Shown in pieces: positions 50,866-62,800 of a DNA stretch of 64,000 nt; position 1 is the first letter of the stretch; the number at the start of each line of letters is the position of its first letter. The position numbers and the translations under genes were made by a program. The DNA lies in the NCBI RefSeq assembly GCF_009914755.1, contig NC_060942.1. The stretch is one strand, 5' to 3'. The notes under the pieces are model-generated. The model saw only the letters and a program-made list of their open reading frames with translations. It had not been told where the DNA came from and searched no databases. Origin of the DNA: the human T2T-CHM13v2.0 reference genome, Homo sapiens.

Positions 50866-53800
50866 CATTCTCAGAAACTTGTTTGTGATGTGTGCCCTCT
50901 ACTGACAGAGTTGAACCTTTCTTTTCATAGAGCAGTTTTGAAACACTCTTTTTGTAGAATCTGCAAGAGGATATTTGCATAGCTTCGAGGATTTCGTGGG
51001 AAACGGGATTGTCTTCAGGTAAAATCTAGACAGAAGCATTCTCAGAAACTTCTTTGGGATGTTTGCATTCAAGTCACAGAGTAGAACATTCCCTTTGGTA
51101 GAGCAGGTTTGAAACACTCTTTTTGTAGTATCTGGAAGTGGACATTTGGAGCGCTTTCAGGCCTATGTTGGTAAGGGAAATATCTTCCCGTAACAACTAG
51201 GCAGAAGCATTCTCAGAAACTTATTTGAGATGTGTGTACTCAACTAAGAGAATTGAACCACCGTTTTGAAGGAGCAGTTTTGAAACACTCTTTTTCTGGA
51301 ATCTGCAAGAGGATATTTGCCTAGCTTTGAGGATTTCGTTGGAAACGGGATTGTCTTCAGATCAAATCTAGACAGAAGCATTCTCAGAAACTTCTTTGGG
51401 ATGTTTGCATTCAAGTCACAGAGTAGAACATTCCCTTTGGTAGAGCAGGTTTGAAACACTCTTTTTTTAGTATATGGAAGTGGACATTTGGAGCGCTTTC
51501 AGGCCTACTTTGGAAAAGGAAATATCTTCCCATAACAACTAGACAGAAGCATTCTCAGAAACTAGTTTCTGATGTGTGTCCTCAACTAACACAGTTGAAC
51601 ATTTCTTTAGACAGAACAGTTTTGAAACACTCTTTTTGTGGAATCTGCAAGTGGCTATTTGGCTAGATTTGAGGATTTCGTTGGAAACCGGATTACATAT
51701 AAAAAGCAGACAGCAGCATTCTCAGAAAGTTCTTTGTGATGATTGCATTCAAGTCACAGAATTGAACATTCCCTTTCACAGAGCAGGTTTGAAACACTCT
51801 TTTTGTAGTGTGTGTAAGTGGACATTTGGAGCACTTTCCGGCCTAACGTGAAAAAGGAAATATCTTCCCTTAAAAACTAGACAGAAGCATTCTCAGAAAC
51901 TTACTCGTGATGTGTGTCCTCAACTAAAGGAGTAGAACCTTTCTTTTCATAGAGAAGTTTTGAAACGCTCTTTTTGTGGAATCTGCAAGTGGATATTTGG
52001 CTAGTTTTGAGGATTTCGTTGGAAGCGGGAATTCATACAAATTGCAGCCTGCAGCGTTCTGAGAAACATCTTTGTGATGTTTGTATTCAGGACACAGAGT
52101 TGAACATTCCCTATCATAGAGCAGGTTTGAATCACTCCTTTTGTAGTATCTGGAAGTGGACATTTGGAGCACTTTCAGGCCTATGTTGGAAAGGGAAATA
52201 TCTTCCCGTAACAACTAGGCAGAAGCATTCTCAGAAACTTATTTGAGATGTGTGTACTCAACTAACAGAATTGAACCACCGTTTTGAAGGAGCAGTTTTG
52301 AAACACTCTTTTTCTGGAATCTGCAAGAGGATATTTGCCTAGCCTTGAGGATTTCGTTGGAAACGGGATTGTCTTCAGATCAAATCTAGACAGAAGCATT
52401 CTCAGAAACTTCTTTGGGATGTTTGCATTCAAGTCACAGAGTAGAACATTCCCTTTGGTAGAGCAGGTTTGAAACACTCTTTTTTTAGTATATGGAAGTG
52501 GACATTTGGAGCGCTTTCAGGCCTACGTTGGAAAAGGAAATATCTTCCCATAACAACTAGACAGAAGCATTCTCAGAAACTAGTTTCTGATGTGTGTCCT
52601 CAACTAACACAGTTGAACATTTCTTTAGACAGAACAGTTTTGAAACACTCTTTTTGTGGAATCTGCAAGTGGCTATTTTGCTAGATTTGAGGATTTCGTT
52701 GGAAACGGGATTGCATATAAAAAGCAGACAGCAGCATTCTCAGAAAGTTCTTTGTGATGATTGCATTCAAGTCACAGAATTGAACATTCCCTTTCACAGA
52801 GCAGGTTTGAAACACTCTTTTTGTAGTGTGTGTAAGTGGACATTTGGAGCACTTTCCGGCCTAAGGTGAACAAGGAAATATCTTCCCATAAAAACTAGAC
52901 AGAAGCATTCTCAGAAACTTACTCGTGATGTGTGTCCTCAACTAAAGGAGTAGAACCTTTCTTTTCATAGAGAAGTTTTGAAACGCTCTTTTTGTGGAAT
53001 CTGCAAGTGGATATTTGGCTAGTTTTGAGGATTTCGTTGGAAGCGGGAATTCATACAAATTGCAGCCTGCAGCGTTCTGAGAAACATCTTTGTGATGTTT
53101 GTATTCAGGACATAGAGTTGAACATTCCCTATCATAGAGCAGGTTGGAATCACTCCTTTTGTAGTATCTGGAAGTGGACATTTGGAGCGCTTTCAGGCCT
53201 ATGTTGAAAAAGGAAATATCTTCCCATAACAACTAGACACAAGCATTCTCAGAAACTTATTTGAGATGTGTGTACTCAACTAAGAGAATTGAACCACCGT
53301 TTTGAAGGAGCAGTTTTGAAACACTCTTTTTCTGGAATCTGCAAGTGGATATTTGGCTAGCTTTGGGGATTTCGCTGGAAGCGGGAATACATATAAAAAG
53401 CACACAGCAGCGTTCTGAGAAACTGCTTTCTGATGTTTGCATTCAAGTCAAAAGTTGAACACTCCCTTTCATAGAGCAGTCCTGAAACACTCCTTTTGCA
53501 GTATCTGGAACTGGACTTTTGGAGCGCTTTCAGGGCTAAGGTGAAAAAGGAAATATCTTCCCATAAAAACTGGACAGAAGCATTCTCAGAAACTTGTTTA
53601 TGCTGTATCTACTCTGCTAACAAAGTTGAAGCTTTCTTTTGATAGAGCAGTTTTGAAATGCTCTTTTTGTGGAATCTGCAAGTGGATATTTGGCTAGATT
53701 TGAGGATTTCGTTGGAAGTGGGAATTCATACAAATTGCAGACTGCAGCGTTCTGAGAAACATCTTTGTGATGTTTGTATTCAGGACACAGAGTTGAACAT

Positions 53801-56800
53801 TCCCTATCATAGAGCAGGTTGGAATCACTCCTTTTGTAGTATCTGGAAGTGGACATTTGGAGCGCTTTCAGGCCTATGTTGAAAAAGGAAATATCTTCCC
53901 ATAACAACTAGACACAAGCATTCTCAGAAACTTGTTTGTGATGTGTGCCCTCTACTGACAGAGTTGAACCTTTCTTTTCATAGAGCAGTTTTGAAACACT
54001 CTTTTTGTAGAATCTGCAAGAGGATATTTGCATAGCTTTGAGGATTTCGTGGGAAACGGGATTGTCTTCAGGTAAAATCTAGACAGAAGCATTCTCAGAA
54101 ACTTCTTTGGGATGTTTGCATTCAAGTCACAGAGTAGAACATTCCGTTTGGTAGAGCAGGTTTGAAACACTCTTTTTGTAGTATCTGGAAGTGGACATTT
54201 GGAGCGCTTTCAGGCCTATGTTGGAAAGGGAAATATCTTCCCTTAACAACTAGGCAGAAGCATTCTCAGAAACTTATTTGAGATGTGTGTACTCAACTAA
54301 GAGAATTGAACCACCGTTTTGAAGGACCAGTTTTGAAACACTCTTTTTCTGGAATCTGCAAGAGGATATTTGCGTAGCTTTGAGGATTTCGTTGGAAACG
54401 GGATTGTTTTCAGATAAAATCTAGACAGAAGCATTCTCAGAAACTTCTTTGGGATGTTTGCATTCAAGTCACACAGTAGAACATTCCCTTTGGTAGAGCA
54501 GGTTTGAAACACTCTTTTTGTAGTATCTGGAAGTGGACATTTGGAGCGCTTTCAGGCCTATGTTGGAAAGGGAAATATCTTCCCTTAACAACTAGGCAGA
54601 AGCATTCTCAGAAACTTATTTGAGATGTGTGTACTCAACTAAGAGAATTGAACCACCCTTTTGAAGGAGCAGTTTTGAAACACTCTTTTTCTGGAATCTG
54701 CAAGAGTATATTTGCCTAGCTTTGAGGATTTCGTTGGAAACGGGATTGTCTTCAGATCAAATCTAGACAGAAGCATTCTCAGAAACTTCTTTGGGATGTT
54801 TGCATTCAAGTCACAGAGTAGAAGATTCCCTTTGGTAGAGCAGGTTTGAAACACTCTTTTTTTCGTATATGGAAGTGGACATTTGGAGCGCTTTCAGGCC
54901 TACGTTGGAAAAGGAAATATCTTCCCATAACAACTAGACAGAAGCATTCTCAGAAACTTATTTGAGATGTGTGTACTCAACTAAGAGAATTGAACCACCG
55001 TTTTGAAGGAGCAGTTTTGAAACACTCTTTTTCTGGAATCTGCAAGTGGATATTTAGCTAGATATGAGGATTTCGTTGGAAACGGGATTATATACACAAA
55101 GCAGACAGCAGCAGTCTCAGAAAGTTCTTTGTGATGATTGCATTCAAGTCACAGAATTGAACATTCCCTTTCACAGAGCAGGTTTGAAACACTCTTTTTG
55201 TAGTGTGTGTAAGTGGACATTTGGAGCACTTACCGGCCTAAGGTGAAAAAGGAAATATCTTCCCATAAAAACTAGACAGAAGCATTCTCAGAAACTTACT
55301 CGTGATGTGTGTCCTCAACTAAAGGAGTAGAACCTTTCTTTTCATAGAGAAGTTTTGAAACGCTCTTTTTGTGGAATCTGCAAGTGGGTATTTGGCTAGT
55401 TTTGAGGATTTCGTTGGAAGCGGGAATTCATAGAAATTGCAGACTGCAGCGTTCTGAGAAACATCTTTGTGATGTTTGTATTCAGGACACAGAGTTGAAC
55501 ATTCCCTATCATAGAGCAGGTTTGAATCACTCCTTTTGTAGTATCTGGAAGTGGACATTTGGAGCGCTTTCAGGCCTATGTTGGAAAAGGAAATATCTTC
55601 CCATAACAACTAGACAGAAGCATTCTCAGAAACTTATTTGAGATGTGTGTACTCAACTAAGAGAATTGAACCACCGTTTTGAAGGAGCAGTTTTGAAACA
55701 CTCTTTTTCTGGAATCTGCAAGTGGATATTTGGCTAGCTTTGGGGATTTCGCTGGAAGCGGGAATACATATAAAAAGCACACAGCAGCGTTCTGAGAAAC
55801 TGCTTTCTGATGTTTGCATTCAAGTCAAAAGTTGAACACTCCCTTTCATAGAGCAGTCTTGAAACACCCCTTTTGTAGTATCTGGAACTGGACTTTTGGA
55901 GCGATTTCAGGGCTAAGGTGAAAAAGGAAATATCTTCCCATAAAAACTGGACAGAAGCATTCTCAGAAACTTGTTTATGCTATATCTACTCAACTAACAA
56001 AGTTGAACCTTTCTTTTGATAGAGCAGTTTTGAAATGGTCTTTTTGTGGAATCTGCAAGTGGATATTTGGCTAGTTTTGAGGATTTCGTTGGAAGCGGGA
56101 ATTCATACAAATTGCAGACTGCAGCGTTCTGAGAAACATCTTTGTGATGTTTGTATTCAGGACACAGAGTTGAACATTCCCTATCATAGAGCAGGTTGGA
56201 ATCACTCCTTTTGTAGTATCTGGAAGTGGACATTTGGAGCGCTTTCAGGCCTATTTTGGAAAGGGAAATATCTTCCCGTAACAACTATGCAGAAGCATTC
56301 TCAGAAACTTGTTTGTGATGTGTGCCCTCTACTGACAGAGTTGAACCTTTCTTTTTATAGAGCAGTTTTGAAACACTCTTTTTGTAGAATCTGCAAGAGG
56401 ATATTTGCATAGCTTTGAGGATTTCGTGGGAAACGGGATTGTCGTCAGGAAAAATCTAGACAGAAGCATTCTCAGAAACTTCTTTGGGATGTTTGCATTC
56501 AAGTCACAGAGTAGAAGATTCCCTTTGGTAGAGCAGGTTTGAAACACTCTTTTTTTCGTATATGGAAGTGGACATTTGGAGCGCTTTCAGGCCTACGTTG
56601 GAAAAGGAAATATCTTCCCATAACAACTAGACAGAAGCATTCTCAGAAACTTATTTGAGATGTGTGTACTCAACTAAGAGAATTGAACCACCGTTTTGAA
56701 GGAGCAGTTTTGAAACACTCTTTTTCTGGAATCTGCAAGTGGATATTTAGCTAGATATGAGGATTTCGTTGGAAACGGGATTATATACACAAAGCAGACA

Positions 56801-59800
56801 GCAGCAGTCTCAGAAAGTTCTTTGTGATGATTGCATTCAAGTCACAGAATTGAACATTCCCTTTCACAGAGCAGGTTTGAAACACTCTTTTTGTAGTGTG
56901 TGTAAGTGGACATTTGGAGCACTTACCGGCCTAAGGTGAAAAAGGAAATATCTTCCCATAAAAACTAGACAGAAGCATTCTCAGAAACTTACTCGTGATG
57001 TGTGTCCTCAACTAAAGGAGTAGAACCTTTCTTTTCATAGAGAAGTTTTGAAACGCTCTTTTTGTGGAATCTGCAAGTGGGTATTTGGCTAGTTTTGAGG
57101 ATTTCGTTGGAAGCGGGAATTCATAGAAATTGCAGACTGCAGCGTTCTGAGAAACATCTTTGTGATGTTTGTATTCAGGACACAGAGTTGAACATTCCCT
57201 ATCATAGAGCAGGTTTGAATCACTCCTTTTGTAGTATCTGGAAGTGGACATTTGGAGCGCTTTCAGGCCTATGTTGGAAAAGGAAATATCTTCCCATAAC
57301 AACTAGACAGAAGCATTCTCAGAAACTTATTTGAGATGTGTGTACTCAACTAAGAGAATTGAACCACCGTTTTGAAGGAGCAGTTTTGAAACACTCTTTT
57401 TCTGGAATCTGCAAGTGGATATTTGGCTAGCTTTGGGGATTTCGCTGGAAGCGGGAATACATATAAAAAGCACACAGCAGCGTTCTGAGAAACTGCTTTC
57501 TGATGTTTGCATTCAAGTCAAAAGTTGAACACTCCCTTTCATAGAGCAGTCTTGAAACACCCCTTTTGTAGTATCTGGAACTGGACTTTTGGAGCGATTT
57601 CAGGGCTAAGGTGAAAAAGGAAATATCTTCCCATAAAAACTGGACAGAAGCATTCTCAGAAACTTGTTTATGCTGTATCTACTCAACTAACAAAGTTGAA
57701 CCTTTCTTTTGATAGAGCAGTTTTGAAATGGTCTTTTTGTGGAATCTGCAAGTGGATATTTGGCTAGTTTTGAGGATTTCGTTGGAAGCGGGAATTCATA
57801 CAAATTGCAGACTGCAGCGTTCTGAGAAACATCTTTGTGATGTTTGTATTCAGGACACAGAGTTGAACATTCCCTATCATAGAGCAGGTTGGAATCACTC
57901 CTTTTGTAGTATCTGGAAGTGGACATTTGGAGCGCTTTCAGGCCTATTTTGGAAAGGGAAATATCTTCCCGTAACAACTATGCAGAAGCATTCTCAGAAA
58001 CTTGTTTGTGATGTGTGCCCTCTACTGACAGAGTTGAACCTTTCTTTTCATAGAGCAGTTTTGAAACACTCTTTTTGTAGAATCTGCAAGAGGATATTTG
58101 CATAGCTTTGAGGATTTCGTGGGAAACGGGATTGTCTTCAGGTAAAATCTAGACAGAAGCATTCTCAGAAACTTCTTTGGGATGTTTGCATTCAAGTCAC
58201 AGAGTAGAACATTCCCTTTGGTAGAGCAGGTTTGAAACACTCTTTTTGTAGTATCTGGAAGTGGACATTTGGAGCGCTTTCAGGCCTATGTTGGAAAGGG
58301 AAATATCTTCCCGTAACAACTAGGCAGAAGCATTCTCAGAAACTTATTTGAGATGTGTGTACTCAACTAAGAGAATTGAACCACCCTTTTGAAGGAGCAG
58401 TTTTGAAACACTCTTTTTCTGGAATCTGCAAGAGGATATTTGCCTAGCCTTGAGGATTTCGTTGGAAACGGGATTGTCTTCAGATCAAATCTAGACAGAA
58501 GCATTCTCAGAAACTTCTTTGGGATGTTTGCATTCAAGTCACAGAGTAGAACATTCCCTTTGGTAGAGCAGGTTTGAAACACTCTTTTTTTAGTATATGG
58601 AAGTGGACATTTGGAGCGCTTTCAGGCCTACTTTGGAAAAGGAAATATCTTCCCATAACAACTAGACAGAAGCATTCTCAGAAACTAGTTTCTGATGTGT
58701 GTCCTCAACTAACACAGTTGAACATTTCTTTAGACAGAACAGTTTTGAAACACTCTTTTTGTGGAATCTGCAAGTGGCTATTTGGCTAGATTTGAGGATT
58801 TCGTTGGAAACGGGATTACATATAAAAAGCAGACAGCAGCATTCTCAGAAAGTTCTTTGTGATGATTGCATTCAAGTCACAGAATTGAACATTCCCTTTC
58901 ACAGAGCAGGTTTGAAACACTCTTTTTGTAGTGTGTGTAAGTGGACATTTGGAGCACTTTCCGGCCTAAGGTGAAAAAGGAAATATCTTCCCTTAAAAAC
59001 TAGACAGAAGCATTCTCAGAAACTTACTCGTGATGTGTGTCCTCAACTAAAGGAGTAGAACCTTTCTTTTCATAGAGAAGTTTTGAAACGCTCTTTTTGT
59101 GGAATCTGCAAGTGGATATTTGGCTAGTTTTGAGGATAACGTTGGAAGCTGGAATTCATACAAATTGCAGACTGCAGCGTTCTGAGAAACATCTTTGTGA
59201 TGTTTGTATTCAGGACAGAGAGTTGAACATTCCCTATCATAGAGCAGGTTGGAATCACTCCTTTTGTAGTATCTGGAAGTGGACATTTGGAGCGCTTTCA
59301 GGCCTATGTTGAAAAAGGAAATATCTTCCCATAACAACTAGACACTAGAATTCTCAGAAACTTGTTTGTGATGTGTGCCCTCTACTGACAGAGTTGAACC
59401 TTTCTTTTCATAGAGCAGTTTTGAAACACTCTTTTTGTAGAATCTGCAAGAGGATATTTGCATAGCTTTGAGGGTTTCGTGGGAAACGGGATTGTCTTCA
59501 GGTAAAATCTAGACAGAAGCATTCTCAGAAACTTCTTTGGGATGTTTGCATTCAAGTCACAGAGTAGAACATTCCCTTTGGTAGAGCAGGTTTGAAACAC
59601 TCTTTTTGTAGTATCTGGAAGTGGACATTTGGAACGCTTTCAGGCCTATGTTGGAAAGGGAAATATCTTCCCTTAACAACTAGGCAGAAGCATTCTCAGA
59701 AACTTATTTGAGATGTGTGTACTCAACTAAGAGAATTGAACCACCGTTTTGAAGGACCAGTTTTGAAACACTCTTTTTCTGGAATCTGCTAGAGGATATT

Positions 59801-62800
59801 TGCCTAGCTTTGAGGATTTCGTTGGAAACGGGATTGTCTTCAGATAAAATCTAGACAGAAGCATTCTCAGAAACTTCTTTGGGATGTTTGCATTCAAGTC
59901 ACAGAGTAGAACATTCCCTTTGATAGAGCAGGTTTCAAACACTCTTTTTGTAGTATCTGGAAGTGGACATTTGGAGCGCTTTCAGGCCTATGTTGGAAAG
60001 GGAAATATCTTCCCGTAACAACTAGGCAGAAGCATTCTCAGAAACTTATTTGAGATGTGTGTACTCAACTAAGAGAATTGAACCACCGTTTTGAAGGAGC
60101 AGTTTTGAAACACTCTTTTTCTGGAATCTGCAAGAGGATATTTGCCTAGCCTTGAGGATTTCGTTGGAAACGGGATTGTCTTCAGATCAAATCTAGACAG
60201 AAGCATTCTCAGAAACTTCTTTGGGATGTTTGCATTCAAGTCACAGAGTAGAACATTCCCTTTGGTAGAGCAGGTTTGAAACACTCTTTTTTTAGTATAT
60301 GGAAGTGGACATTTGGAGCGCTTTCAGGCCTACTTTGGAAAAGTAAATATCTTCCCATAACAACTAGACAGAAGCATTCTCAGAAACTAGTTTCTGATGT
60401 GTGTCCTCAACTAACACAGTTGAACATTTCTTTAGACAGAACAGTTTTGAAACACTCTTTTTGTGGAATCTGCAAGTGGCTATTTGGCTAGATTTGAGGA
60501 TTTCGTTGGAAACGGGATTACATATAAAAAGCAGACAGCAGCATTCTCAGAAAGTTCTTTGTGATGATTGCATTCAAGTCACAGAATTGAACATTCCCTT
60601 TCACAGAGCAGGTTTGAAACACTCTTTTTGTAGTGTGTGTAAGTGGACATTTGGAGCACTTTCCGGCCTAAGGTGAAAAAGGAAATATCTTCCCTTAAAA
60701 ACTAGACAGAAGCATTCTCAGAAACTTACTCGTGATGTGTGTCCTCAACTAAAGGAGTAGAACCTTTCTTTTCATAGAGAAGTTTTGAAACGCTCTTTTT
60801 GTGGAATCTGCAAGTGGATATTTGGCTAGTTTTGAGGATTTCGTTGGAAGCTGGAATTCATAGAAATTGCAGACTGCAGCGTTCTGAGAAACATCTTTGT
60901 GATGTTTGTATTCAGGACAGAGAGTTGAACATTCCCTATCATAGAGCAGGTTGGAATCACTCCTTTTGTAGTATCTGGAAGTGGACATTTGGAGCGCTTT
61001 CAAGCCTATGTTGAAAAAGGAAATATCTTCCCATAACAACTAGACAGAAGCATTCTCAGAAACTTATTTCAGATGTGTGTACTCAATTAAGAGAATTGAA
61101 CCACCGTTTTGAAGGAGCAGTTTTGAAACACTCTTTTTGTAGAATCTGCACGTGGATATTTGGCTAGCTTTGGGGATTTCGCTGGAAGCGGGAATACATA
61201 TAAAAAGCACACAGCAGCGTTCTGAGAAACTGCTTTCTGATGTTTGCATTCAAGTCAAAAGTTGAACACTCCCTTTCACAGAGCAGTCCTGAAACACTCC
61301 TTTTGTAGTATCTGGAACTGGACTTTTGGAGCGCTTTCAGGGCAAAGGTGAAAAAGGAAATATCTTCCCATAAAAACTGGACAGAAGCATTCTCAGAAAC
61401 TTGTTTATGCTGTATCTACTCAACTAACAAAGTTGAACCTTTCTTTTGATAGAGCAGTTTTGAAATGCTCTTTTTGTGGAATCTGCAAGTGGATATTTGG
61501 CTAGTTTTGAGGATTTCGTTGGAAGCTGGAATTCATACAAATTGCAGACTGCAGCGTTCTGAGAAACATCTTTGTGATGTTTGTATTCAGGACACAGAGT
61601 TGAACATTCCCTATCATAGAGCAGGTTGGAATCACTCCTTTTGTAGTATCTGGAAGTGGACATTTGGAGCGCTTTCAGGCCTATGTTGAAAAAGGAAATA
61701 TCTTCCCATAACAACTAGACACAAGCATTCTCAGAAACTTGTTTGTGATGTGTGCCCTCTACTGACAGAGTTGAACCTTTCTTTTCATAGAGCAGTTTTG
61801 AAACACTCTTTTTGTAGAATCTGCAAGAGGATATTTGCATAGCTTTGAGGATTTCGTGGGAAACGGGATTGTCTTCAGGTAAAATCTAGACAGAAGCATT
61901 CTCAGAAACTTCTTTGGGATGTTTGCATTCAACTCACAGAGTAGAACATTCCCTTTGGTAGAGTAGGTTTGAAACACTCTTTTTGTAGTATCTGGAAGTG
62001 GACATTTGGAGCGCTTTCAGGCCTATGTTGGAAAGGGAAATATCTTCCCGTAAGAACTAGGCAGAAGCATTCTCAGAAACTTATTTGAGATGTGTGTATT
62101 CAACTAAGAGAATTGAACCACCGTTTTGAAGGAGCAGTTTTGAAACACTCTTTTTCTGGAATCTGCAAGTGGATATTTGGCTAGATTTGAGGATTTCGTT
62201 GGAAACGGGATTACATATAAAAAGCAGACAGCAGCAGTCTCAGAAAGTTCTTTTTGATGATTGCATTTAAGTCACAGAATTGAACATTCCCTTTCACAGA
62301 GCAGGTTTGAAACACTCTTTTTGTAGTGTGTGTAAGTGGACATTTGGAGCGCTTTCCGGCCTAAGGTGAAAAAGGAAATATCTTCCCATAAAAACTAGAC
62401 AGAAGCATTCTCAGAAACTTACTCGTGATGTGTGTCCTCAACTAAAGGTGTAGAACCTTTCTTTTCATAGAGAAGTTTTGAAACTCTCTTTTTGTGGAAT
62501 CTGCAAGTGGATATTTGGCTAGTTTTTATGATTTCGTTGGAAGCGGGAATTCATACAAATTGCAGACTGCAGCGTTCTGAGAAACATCTTTGTGATGTTT
62601 GTATTCAGGACACAGAGTTGAACATTCCCTATCATAGAGCAGGTTGGAATCACTCCTTTTGTAGTATCTGGAAGTGGACATTTGGAGCGCTTTCAGGCCT
62701 ATGTTGGAAAAGGAAATATCTTCCCATAACAACTAGACAGAAGCATTCTCAGAAACTTATTTCAGATGTGTGTACTCAACTAAGAGAATTGAACCACCGC

